64,000 bases of DNA from Lepidodermella squamata. Lineage: Eukaryota; Animalia; Gastrotricha. Positions 29,501 through 39,920 of this stretch are shown here, piece by piece. Where the stretch lies: contig JBLDXI010000003.1 in the NCBI GenBank assembly GCA_047495785.1, positions 3,224,001 through 3,288,000 on the forward strand, in the 5' to 3' direction. Both the position numbers and the translations under genes were made by a program. The notes under the pieces were generated by a model. It made no database searches, was not told the origin of the DNA, and saw only the letters and a program-made list of their open reading frames with translations. The first letter of the stretch is position 1. Each line of letters begins with the position of its first letter.

Positions 29501-31751
29501 CAATCACAAAGAGGTACATTTTGAAACAGTGTCGTGTTATATATTATATGCTATCCTGGACACGTTCGAAATTGAGCGAAAAAGTTGAATCCTCTCCATT
29601 AGATTTGATGAAAAAATATGCTGTTTTCAATGTAGCGTGCATGTTATATTGCTGAAAAATGGAGAAAATTTCAATCAAATATAGCTATACCCTCTAATTT
29701 TTACGTCTGTAAACAATATAAAAGCCCATTATGTTTATTGAAAATTTCGATAATATTATATTATAAGCATGGCTTTTAATTATATTGAAAAATATTATCA
29801 TCTGTCTATTTGCGCTTTTGAATACACAAGTTGCCCTTTAATTTTTATGTGTTTGCTTCTATTTTTCTGTAAAATCGAGAATTTTTCTAATTTTAACTGT
29901 TTTCACAGACCGAACGTTTGAAGAACTTCAACTTCGACGACTGGCGCCGGCGCTATTTAGGCTGGATGAATCACAACAAGACGCGCATCATGGACTTTTT
30001 CCGTCAGCAAGACCGTGACCGTGACGGCAAGTTGACGCGCGAGGAGTTCATTGAGGGCATCATTCAGTCGAAATTCCCGACCAGCCGCCTTGAAATGGAG
30101 TGCGTCGCCGATATTTTCGACTCGAATGCCGATAATTACATCGACTATTCCGAATTCGTTCGTGCCCTTAAACCGGACACTAATGTAATTTTTTTCGATT
30201 TTTTCCGAATATTTTGAAAAAAATTTAATTTTTTCTAGCATGTTCGAGGCGAGGGTGAACAAATTGCTGAAGAAATGAATCGCCAAGTTGCTCAATGCAC
30301 GTGCCAACAACGTTACCGTATCGAAAAAGTGGACGAGCGTAAATATCGCGTAAGTTAAAAAAATTTAAAAATTTTGAACAAATTTAATTTTCGAAGTTTT
30401 TACAGTTTGGCAAAGAGCAAAAATTATGCTTAGTCCGCATTCTGTCATCAACTGTTATGGTACGAGTTGGCGGTGGCTGGGTAGCTTTGGACGAATTCCT
30501 GGTGAAGAACGATCCTTGCCGAGGTAAGAATTTTTAAAATTTACCCGATTTTTTTCTGGCTTCAATTTGTCAAGCGTTCACTCACGCTTTTAAGTTTTAG
30601 CGTAATGAAGTTCACAGTAATATTAATTTTATTCAATCATGTGTATCAGCCGCTATTACCGTCTGCGATTTTTGCCTCCGAAGTAAGTGAAGTTGTCTTG
30701 AAAAAAAATAAGCCGCATCCCTTGTTCGGTTTTATGTTTTGACAAAATGTCTCGTGCCAAAAAAAACTCATTTGTTGTGTCGTGCCCTTTCATATTATGT
30801 GTTTAATTTATTTAAGAAAAAAAAAATTCCGAAATTATTTTTTCAAGCGGCATGAGGGTTTCTGCGTGATTTCTTGATCTCTCGTGTTTGCTTTTTTTCG
30901 GTGCATGGTTTATTTTGCATTTATGGTGGCCCGGTAACTTTTCGTGTGTGAAACTATTTTATATTGATAACTAATTCGGAGAAATTATATATTATTATTA
31001 TAACCAGGCATGATGTCAGACGTGCGCAAAACACTGACTAGTAAATTGCGCCAACATTCGCCGAGTGAATGCTCGGTCGCCGCATCAGCATCAGCATCCT
31101 CAGGATTTATTACCCGTAATTACCGAGTGTAGTAAAAAAATTGAGTTGGAGTGAAAAAATTAAGTTGGATGATATTTAGCTCTAGAAAATTATTTTTCTG
31201 TTGTCAACTTTTTTAGTCGATTTTTTCGAAATTTTTATTAATTTTATTTTCGATTTTTTCCAGCTAAAGGACGTACAAATATCGAATTGCGAGAGAAGTT
31301 TTTGTTGCCGGACGGCGCCAGTCAAGCGATGGCGCCTTTTGTGGCGAAATCGATGGCGGCGCGCCCGCCCAGCGCCGGGCCGTCGCAGTCGCCGCCGCAC
31401 AGCCACGCGCACCCGCCGCACGACCACGCCCACCCTCACACGCCGAAGACGACAACGGCGCAGAGCCCGCGCGCGACCACGCCATCGTCAACCGGGCCGC
31501 GCATCAAGGTGAAATCGAACCTGTTGGCGGCGCCGAAAAACGGCTCGACGCCGACGAAACCTCGAACTGGGCCTGGCGCGGTGAGCCGCACCCCGGGCAC
31601 GCGCACCCCGGGCAGCATCGGCAGCCGGACGCCGCAGATCCGATCGGGACACGGGTCTTCGATCGACCTGACGGCGCCGTCGCCGCGTGTCCGCAAGCCG
31701 TCGACCTCATCAGCGGCGCAAAATGGCGCAAATGGCGCGTCGCACCACTGA
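2329..31751 (+). CDS. shot: Spectraplakin (Shot/MACF1/dystonin/VAB-10 family), multi-exon, about 7,770 aa in the longest model
   Basis: Frame-consistent GT-AG exons: 2329-2565, 2697-2863, 2924-3039, 3100-7415, 7469-14855, 15047-15177, 16741-19545, 19751-22225, 24126-25298, (25391-25411), 25631-27953, 28212-29371, 29909-30184, 30239-30349, 30406-30523, 31264-31751. Motifs seen: CH2 ([14 protein letters not shown]...LLDPED...DDKSVMTYL), plakin SH3 (WKV...[12 protein letters not shown]), plectin repeats, Trp-anchored spectrin repeats, EF-hand ([17 protein letters not shown]), GAR domain (CTCQQRY...[23 protein letters not shown]) and the family motif [15 protein letters not shown]1-coding exons are not seen and may lie 5' of the window. 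The symbol is given at family level. Confidence 0.95.
6321..11945 (+). repeat. Coding tandem array of 26 ~70-aa double plectin-repeat units
   Basis: Consensus [58 protein letters not shown] plus a variable linker, counted 26 times in the translations. More degenerate plectin repeats continue to about 14780. Confidence 0.92.
15316..16464 (+). CDS. Alternative Ser/Asp-rich spectraplakin exon (terminal, or cassette ending at 16383)
   Basis: Acceptor AAATAG|CTC at 15316 is in phase 0 and the frame is open to TGA 16462-16464. An internal phase-0 donor GAAGAG|GTAACA at 16383/16384 is compatible with the 16741 acceptor. Confidence 0.7.
   Translation, partial: LVKTSYFNVDDNQLVEGDLPAERQSSGFTSNTSILNTTTTTIVISDKLVREQDDAAYDDDDSFEFSSDFNRGRDYLETPIILQSLVEEDEDRVSPTQGGQHRRSPSPKRLIRSGKVDMHDDEEAATFSSSSAAAQEKSGQRSDKVSTLMAQLPLLGKVHVSTVSRPRTDSNSSMDDSSEGQFQVARTSLTVDEGLSDYGSARRGSAYSDDTNSPFLEAVDFPAGSSFDDSFEDARTGLSSRNSRSDVRSRGRSRSRENMDVVKFNTEMGALINEGVDMPRPGVPTLTVTEPGRSTSTDFQDDWAETESVSMADSASEGVRPRPVIDHGSDARRRMVTSGSFDHFFNRSLSSFIDEEVTTTGALTPDMRFDATTVSLTMGPGI
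23532..23837 (+). CDS. Candidate internal alternative first exon with a hydrophobic (TM/signal-anchor) segment
   Basis: ATG 23532 lies in the longest intron (22226-24125). It encodes [20 protein letters not shown]. Donor CCA|GTATGT at 23837/23838 is phase 0, in frame with the exon at 24126. Confidence 0.65.
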
Positions 31752-32380
31752 AAAAACAAAACAAACAAATATTCGAGCTTTCTTCTTCCGTTACAACAAT
31801 AGCGAGGAAACACACTATTTACCCGAAATTTTTTCTATCGAAGTCCAATATTAAATGTGGTTACATTTCTTAGCGTTGTGCTTGATATAAACTGAGACGA
31901 TGATTGTTTTTTTTGCGTGTCCTGATAAATTGTAAATAATATTGTTACTCATGATGAATATATTATTATTCGAAAAATGAACGATGCTTCCTACTTGTGT
32001 ATTACTATGCGGCTTGCTAGTAGGTGGGTGACTCGATGAGGCCTTGAACATTATATACAAGACTACTATAGCAGAAAAATTGTTTGTGCAAAACATTGAA
32101 TGCTACAATTTGTACAGTTACGATGTAAAATAATTTCGATGATTGATTGAAATATTATTATTACTATTACCTGTTATATTATACTGAATGAAGAAAATTA
32201 TGACGACGATATTTACATCAGTAATAATTTGATGAAGCTATTTCATGCAATACGGCTGTTGAAAATATACATAAAAAAAGAGCTATGTCACCCGTTTACC
32301 GACAGAACATCATCAGTATGCATATATCATTATAGCGCCTTTTATTTGGAGACAAAACAAAAATGAGACGATTTTGAAGA

Positions 32381-32386
32381 AATAAA
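32381..32386 (+). terminator. Candidate polyadenylation signal of the spectraplakin gene
   Basis: AATAAA about 630 nt after the stop, followed by T-rich sequence. Confidence 0.45.
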
Positions 32387-32599
32387 ATACTGCTTATTTA
32401 AAATTACGGTTGAGCGTTTTTTTTCGAGTTGAAATACTGGAGTTCAGTTCGGTTAGGTTTACATGTGGTGTAAGGGCAGTATTTGATACCATGGTTATCG
32501 GAATAATCTGGAATTTTCTGGTTGGAATCAAAGCATTCACCTCAAAACAGATTTTCGCTCACGGGTCTAAAAAATAATGTATCCAAATATATTTGCAAT

Positions 32600-33430
32600 T
32601 TGCACCACTAAAAACGAGGCTCTAGCACTAAATTTAAGCGTCCTGGCACTAAATGTATCATATTTTTGCGATTTCGGCATTTTCGTTTTTTGATCGATGC
32701 TCCATCCTCCTCCATGAACTTATGATTTTTTATTTTAGCTACCTGGCGCCCTAAGCTACGTAGAAAAATTATCGCCGTTGGGTTCCACTGAGGCTGAAAA
32801 TCACTGATTTATAAAGTCGATACTTGGAATCGATATCGGCTCTGCATGCTGAAGTAGAAATCATACACTTACTGCTTTTTACGCATAATATGAAGATCTA
32901 TCGGTTAGGCATGACAACAAAAAATTGAGATTCCAGAGAAGACATGAAACTCGAAATAACATATTTAAGGGAAATCTAGTGCTGAAGTCTCAAATTTAGT
33001 GCTGTAACCCTTAATTTAGGGTGCGCACTTGGCACATCCAAAAATAATATTTTTTCACCATTATAGAGGTTCCAGCAGTACAATTTTCCGATTCTTCGCG
33101 ACTTGGCGTATTTCTCTTGATCTTGACCCCCACGACCCTGGGATTGTTATATTAGCTATCTGGTATCCTCAGCTGGGGACAAGCATTTTTAAGGTTTGCT
33201 TCGAAGACTTCTAATATTATGGGAAAAATCACTGATTTGTAATTTGTAAAATCGATACTTGCAATCGATATCGGCTATACAGGCTGAAGTACAACTCGTG
33301 AACTTGCCGCTGGTAGCGTAACGTAAGTTGTGAGATCTAACGGTTAGGATTGATCCGAATTTTAGGAAAGACGAGAAACTGGAAAACCCTCACACTGGGA
33401 CCATCTTGAGTTCTGGAACCCTAAATTTGG
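32600..33430. repeat. Degenerate repeat region: imperfect inverted ends plus a diverged ~415-bp direct duplication
   Basis: GCACTAAAT-type motifs at 32601-32655 are mirrored by ATTTAGTGC-type motifs at 32972-33025. The block AAAATCACTGATTT...TCGATACTTGxAATCGATATCGGCT...GCTGAAGTA...AGATCTAxCGGTTAGG occurs at both ~32797-32910 and ~33225-33350. Confidence 0.5.
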
Positions 33431-34018
33431 GACATATTGGAGCATCTTTCACTCACCTGAAATGCCTAATCAAACTTTATCGATAAAGAATCGAAAGTTT
33501 CATGCCTATGGAAGGGGTCAACTAACAACAAGAACCCGTCACGATTTGTGGAAAGCTGTGCATACATGCTAGGATGCGCCTTGAACTTTGCCCAACAGCT
33601 TTGAAGGTTGCCACTAGGTACATTTTCCGAGGCCTGCCTGATTTGGTTGTAGTTCCTATTTCTTGTATCCAGGATAATCCAGTGATTTTTCGATAACAAA
33701 ATTGCACCTTTGATGACCTTGTGAAAAAATTCAAGCCACACGCCTGTTTCAGCAAGCGCGGGTGTTCTACTTTGCTGCTGGCGTCGGTGGAAAAAAACCC
33801 GTTTGAAACCGGACTCGAAAATAATTATATGGGCAAAATAACAAACTCGCGATTGCAAACTCGCGCACGTGTCACACATCTCACCGCAGCGTTGCACAAC
33901 ACGGAAAACCGGTGGGTCGGTAGCATATTTAAGGCCATACCGGAGGCTGGTTAAACATCAATCAGCGTTTTCTCTTATTCTTTGAATAGTTTTCAATTCG
34001 AGAAGTCTCATTCCAAAG

Positions 34019-34693
34019 ATGCGTCTTGTTTTGGTTGCAGCTGTCGTTGCTCTTTTCTGCATCGGTGAGCATAGGAGAAATCGTATCAGTGATCTTCTTA
34101 TATTTGTGTTGATTTTTTCGCCAGCCGCCACCTCGGCGAACCTTGGCAAACGTGGACGTGGCAACAATGTTTCCGCCTCGGTGAACAAGCGCTCGGCCTC
34201 CGCCTCGGCTGGCAATGACGGTCGTCGTGGTCGCTTCTTCGGCCGCAAGGGTCGTCGCGGCAACTTCGCCTCTGCCTCGGTCAACCGCCGCTCCGCCTCG
34301 GCTTCTGCCGGCAACAACCGTGGTCGTCGCGGCTTCTTCGGTCGCCGTCGCGGTGGCAACTACGCCTCGGCCTCCGTCAACAAGAACTCCGCCTCGGCGA
34401 GTGCTGGTGACAACCGTGGTCGCCGTGGTCACTTCGTCGGCCGCCGTGGCTCCCGCTCGTCCCTGTCTGGTTCCTTCCGCGGCCGTCGCCACGGACGCGG
34501 TTTCTATGGCCGTCGCCACGGTGGTCGCTTCGGTCGCCGCGGTTTCGGATATGGCCGTCACGGTCGTCGCGGATTCCACGGCCGTGGTCGCCATGGTTAC
34601 GGCTACGGTCGTTTCGGCCATCGCGGTTTCTACAGCGGCTCGTCCTCGGCCGGCGACTTCTACGGCCGTCGCAATGGCTGGTACTGGCATTAA
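34019..34693 (+). CDS. Secreted Gly/Arg/His/aromatic-rich repeat protein, type A, copy 1 (204 aa)
   Basis: Exons 34019-34064 and 34125-34693. Signal-peptide-like MRLVLVAAVVALFCIAATSA. Three xSASVN(K/R)xSASASAG blocks, then a GRRHG/GFG/GYG-rich tail. Confidence 0.88.
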   Translation: MRLVLVAAVVALFCIGEHRRNRISDLLIFVLIFSPAATSANLGKRGRGNNVSASVNKRSASASAGNDGRRGRFFGRKGRRGNFASASVNRRSASASAGNNRGRRGFFGRRRGGNYASASVNKNSASASAGDNRGRRGHFVGRRGSRSSLSGSFRGRRHGRGFYGRRHGGRFGRRGFGYGRHGRRGFHGRGRHGYGYGRFGHRGFYSGSSSAGDFYGRRNGWYWH

Positions 34694-34837
34694 GCTCATC
34701 TTCGAGAACATTCCCCAAGAACATTCAAAAATTCAAATTTATCCAGCTATATTTGATGGAAAATGCAAATTATTTTGTCTATCAAGACTTTCCTAATTCA
34801 TCTTCATTTTAGAATATTTTGTTCTGATTTATCTAAG

Positions 34838-35981
34838 ATGCGAGGTTTCTTGGTTCTTTCTATCATCGCTTTGGGCTGCATCGGTAGGATTCACCCAGTT
34901 ATGCATAATCATAACGATTACTTTTTTTCCGTTTCCAGCCTTGAGCTCAGCAACGTTCGACTACGGTAAAAAGGACGGACACAAGGGCGGCTACGGCAAG
35001 GGATATGATGGTCACAAGGGTGGCTACGGCAAGGGCCATGGCAAGGGAGGTCGCCGTGCTTCCTACTCCGCTTCGGTCGACCAACGCGACACCTACGACC
35101 GCAAGTCCGCCTCTGCTGAGCAAGAGAACGGTGCCGTCGACTACGCCTCGGCCGATGCTTCCCACAACAAGAAGACCAGCGACAAGCACAAGCTGATCAA
35201 GAACCGCTCAGCCAACCGCGAACGCGCATCGGCCAGCTACGCCTCGGCCGGTAAGCGCGATTCCGCCTACGACCAGAAGAAGTCCAAGGCCGGCAGCAAG
35301 CGCCACGGCCGCGTTGTCCGCAAGAGCGACTCGGCTGCCTTCGCCCAGCACGCCAACGCCTACGAAAACTCTGGCGCCGCCGCCGCTGCCCAGAAGCACC
35401 GCCGCAACAAGAAGCACGGCCGCGCCGACCACAAGCGCAAGAGCGGCTTCACCAAGGACCAGGCTCACGACAAGCAAGGAGAGGAGATCGAGTACAAGAA
35501 GAAGAACTTCGCCGACAAGGGCCACAACAAGATCAACAATTTCAGCTACGAATCCGGAGCCAAGAACTTCGGTGCCTACGACTCTGACGGCGCCGCCACC
35601 ACCGCCACCCGCAAAAAGACCGCCAAGAAGGCCCACGGCAAGAAGTCCCGCAAGGCCCACTCTGCCGACTACGCTTCCCGCGACTCGACTGCCGCTGCTG
35701 CCGCTGCCTCGAAGAACGCTAAGCGCAACAAGGCCCACCACCGCCGCGCCTCGGCCTCGGCCACCCGCGCTGCCCACAATGCCCGCGACTACAAGGCCGG
35801 CCAGAAGAAGACCTTCGAATCTGACTCTGCCCACACCCGCAAGGCTGGAGCCAAGCACGGCCGCAAACGCGCCAATGCCTCGGCTGAACGTCGTACCCAC
35901 GACTTCCACGGTGCTGTCTCCGCTAGCTATCGCGATGGTCGCTATGGCAGGAAGGGCGGCAAGCACGGCTACTACTACTAG
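34838..35981 (+). CDS. Secreted Lys/Ala/Ser/Arg/His-rich protein, type B, copy 1 (362 aa)
   Basis: Exons 34838-34883 and 34939-35981. Signal-peptide-like MRGFLVLSIIALGCIALSSA. Strong codon bias (AAG, AAC, CAC, TAC, TTC). AATAAA at 36068. Confidence 0.88.
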
Positions 35982-36571
35982 TCTACTTAAAATGAACTTA
36001 ACTATCGAATCCCTGACTTTTCATTGATAGAGATTGAGATTTTTCTCGAAATGATTTATTTTTGGAAAATAAAGACTCAAGCGTTGTGAAATTCTGTTAT
36101 CTGATCTGTTAATTGAACCATTGCGTAGAACTGTTAGCTTATATCAGTGAAGTTCCAAAGTTTCACATTGGCAACAAGGTTGACTCCTTTGAAGATATCC
36201 AGGATGATCATCAAATAATCCCGCAAGGTAAAACATGTAAAGCGTTCGTTATTAATTGATCATACGAGTTGGTATCATCACTGAACTGCTGAAGGACTCG
36301 CCAATGATAGAAAATTAGAGTCTAATCTGAATATCTGACTCCAGGTTCAATGGGACTCAAAAACATTGCTGATTAGCGATAAGCCATATTTACAATTCTC
36401 AAAAAAATTACGAATGAATTAACAAATAATATGGCTCGAGAATTTTTTTCATGAATGGAATTTTTTTTAACTTGAAACTCGTAGTGAATGACTTTTCCAC
36501 GTAAACATTGAAATTATTTGTAACTCGATCTAACCAGCTTTCAAATCTAATAGGAAAATTTGTATTCATCC

Positions 36572-38053
36572 ATGAGAGAGGTCAAACAGGGCTGGGCACA
36601 GTACTCAGTGACGGTGGTTTTAAGCCTGGCCACGGCGATCAGCTGCCTCATATTTATGAGCGAAAAATCCCGGATTGCCAAATATTCGTTGATGTTCAAT
36701 GCCGACCATGGTATCTCTTATCCCGAATTTCGAACTGATTTCTTCTCGCCAGCGAATCTTTGCCGCTTTTCCACAAAATCTGTCTGCAATTTCACCGAAA
36801 CCAATCGGCCACCTCCATTAAATCAGCCTCTAAATGATCGCGAAATTTCGAGGCTGAAAAGCCTGAAAGAAGCAACAATTTTAATCGTAGCTTTCAACCG
36901 CGATAACCACTACGAAGTAGCGCCCCTAGTCAACGAGCTGTACCAGCCGATTTTTGCGGAAATTTACTTTTGCGGTTCAGGTCAACATTTTTCAACGACA
37001 ATCAACGCGAATTTCAATAATTCCCACCCTGATTTCTTGCAATATTTCGCCACCCGTTACTTTAATTGGGAAACTAAGAAACCTGTTCGATATGGCTACG
37101 GCGAGTGGATTTATATCTGCGTACCAATGGCTGTGAAAGCTTCCAAGTTGGGCAGCAAACTTCAAGGCATCGCTTTCTTGCATGACGATGTCCTATTCAC
37201 GTATTGGAAATTCATTTTAGACCCAGTTAAATTTGATTTGGATCGAAGTTATTCGAATTTTGACCCCAAGCGAAGGTCGGCCTATAATCCCGATCAGATG
37301 AGGTACTGCTCAAGGTGGAACCAATCGGCTGGCTGTCAGAAACGAGTATTTTGGAAGCCGGCGACAACTTACCAAGCTCAAACTATTGAGTTTTTTAATG
37401 TAAGAAATAAAATTAACTCGTATAAATTAAATTAAATTAATTCATAATTAAGGCGATTATATTGAAATGTCCGCAATTTAAAAAAACGAAAACATTGTTT
37501 TTTCTTAAATTTCTCACATTAATTAATTAATTAATTAATTAACTTTTTATTTTAATTAATAAAATAATTTTTTTACTTTTTTTAGAAAATGGCGGATATT
37601 TCAAAATCCTCCCCTGAATCTTTGGTTGCTCATTGCGAGCGTAACATGTCGAAATGGGCTGGAGGCCCTCGAAGACTAACCTTTGCCGCGTCGGATTTTT
37701 TCTATTTATCAAAGCAGCACATTTCCCATGCGATCGCCCTTTTTGAATTAATGGCTGAAACTCGGGTCTTTCAAGAAATTGCGATACCGTCAGTGTTCTC
37801 GTGTTTCGACTCGTTATCTTCAGGATGGTTTAGTAAGAAAAGGCTGTACATGAATGGTCTACCATCTGGATCGAGAGCAGCTGATTTGGTGGATTTTAAT
37901 GAACTAATAGCGCTTCATCCATTCAAATTTTCTGGTTTTGTGCAACAATTAAGACATGGAAATATAGATAACAAGAATTCTTTACCTGAGCTTTGCTTAC
38001 TTTGTGAACTGGCGAGCTTTTCATCTCGCTTGGGAAAATTGAATGAGAAATAA
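36572..38053 (+). CDS. STELLO/DUF288-like putative glycosyltransferase, type II membrane protein (about 431 aa)
   Basis: Exons 36572-37399 (donor AAT|GTAAGA) and 37586-38053. N-terminal TM (SVTVVLSLATAISCLIFM). Motifs ILIVAFN...LYQPIFAEIYFCG, GIAFLHDDVLFTYW, SDFFY...VFQEIAIP and HPFKFS resemble the STELLO C-terminal domain. Confidence 0.7.
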
Positions 38054-38705
38054 ACTAACGGCGGATACAACTGTTTGCTTTCACAATTTGAAGAAGGATA
38101 CATTTTATAAATTCGTAAATTCAGTTGGATGCTCAACAGATTCAGCCAGTTTTGAATGAATGTGGCAAGATTATTTTACGCAGATTCACTGAATCCAACA
38201 GTGATCCAACAGTTTCCAACAATCTCATATAGAAGTTCGTCTTAATCAACTCAATTTGCATTTCAGACCTCGGTAGGCAACGAGAAACGGATTACCTTTC
38301 GATCTTCAAAGACTCTTATGATGCAAAATTGTTAAAGTTGAAATAAGTTGAAAATTTTTTTTTATTTTTTTTTCACCGTGTGCCCATCAAGATTGTCTTG
38401 AGAAAAAATGAAATAATTCACGGATTCAAAACGGAAAGGAAAGTGGGGCAAAAATAAACCACAGACGAAAAACAACAAATGACAAGGGCAGATTCGAACC
38501 ACAATCACGCGATTTGTGTGAAGCTGACATGGAAAATAATAAAAATAAGCAAGTGGCACGCGTGACCAGTCGCCCTCATACGCAACAGGTATGCGGATAG
38601 CAGGCAAACAAGGCTTTAAAAGCTGGTCTCAAAATCGGAAATGTATCATTCCAATCCGTTGCCTCTTCTCTATTTCATCTCCTCACTGATCATTGAACTA
38701 TCAAC

Positions 38706-39740
38706 ATGCGTTTAACCCTCGTCGCAGCTGCTGTCGCTCTGTTCTGCATCGGTACAAGTTTACTTTGTAATGACTGGTTTCTTAATTAATTTTCGTCGTC
38801 CGTAGTTGCCGTTTCGGCGAATGATGCGTCCGCCTCTGTGAACAAGAAGGAAGCCTCCGCTTCGGCTGGCGTCGACAAGGCTCGTCATGGCGATCTGTAC
38901 TCTGGGAAACACGGTCGTGGATTCGGCTTCCATGGCCGCCGTCGTGGCAACTACGCTTCTGCCTCGGTTAACAAGAACTCTGCTTCCGCTTCAGCTGGCA
39001 ATGGCGGCCGTCGTGGTGGTCGCTTCTTCGGCCACAAGGGTCGTCGTGGTGGCAACTTCGCCTCGGCTTCCGTCAACAAGAACTCCGCCTCCGCCTCTGC
39101 AGGCTCCAACAAGGGCCGCAAGAACTTCGGCCGTCGCCATCACGCTGGTCGCTACTTCGGCCACGGTCGTCGTCGTGGAGGAAACTTCGCCTCTGCCTCG
39201 GTCAACAAGCGCTCTGCTTCAGCTGCTGCCGGTAACTTCCGTGGTCGCCGTGGCCATGGAAAATTCTTCGGCCGTCGTCACGGTGGTCGTCGAGGTGGCA
39301 ACTTTGCTTCCGCCTCCGTCAACAAGCGTTCTGCCTCTGCTGCTGCCGGTAACTTCCGTGGTCGTCGCGGCTACTTTGGTCGCCATCATGGTGGTCGCCG
39401 TGGTGGAAACTTTGCCTCGGCCTCAGTCAACAAGAACTCTGCCTCCGCCTCGGCTGGATCCTACGGCAAACGTCGTGGATTCAAGCATGGTCGCCGTTCT
39501 GTTTCCTTCTCTGGCCGCCGTCATGGCCGCCGCGGTCTGCATGGCCGTCGTCGCGGAGGAAACTTCGCCTCGGCTTCTGTTAACAAGCGCTCCGCCTCGG
39601 CTGCTGCTGGCAACTTCCGCGGCCGCCGTGGTCATCATGGCAAGTTCTTCGGCCGTCGTCACGGTGGTCGCCGTGGTGGTGACTTCGCCTCGGCTTCGGT
39701 TAACAAGAGTTCTGCATCTGCGTCAGCTGGTAACAACTAA
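38706..39740 (+). CDS. Secreted type A protein, copy 2 (326 aa, 8 SASVNK-SASA blocks)
   Basis: Exons 38706-38751 and 38806-39740. Signal-peptide-like MRLTLVAAAVALFCIVAVSA. Repeats of N(F/Y)ASASVNK(N/R)SASA(S/A)AG separated by G/R/H/F spacers. Confidence 0.9.
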
Positions 39741-39920
39741 AGCTGGCATCCGAGCTTGATTTACCCATATAGGACTAACATAGTATTGTGTATGGTGAAG
39801 AAATTATTTTTTTTTGCTTGGGATACTTACCTGTTCAAAATTGGAAGGATAATATTAGTGTCACGACTGTGATCCAAATATATCTCATTTTTTTCCCGAA
39901 TTAGAGTTAACCCTTATAAA

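Noticed and set aside
39823-39833. ATACTTACCTG, identical to the U1 snRNA 5' end (similar at ~23231)
   Set aside because: No downstream U1 sequence or structure. An 11-mer match is equally a minus-strand donor consensus or chance.
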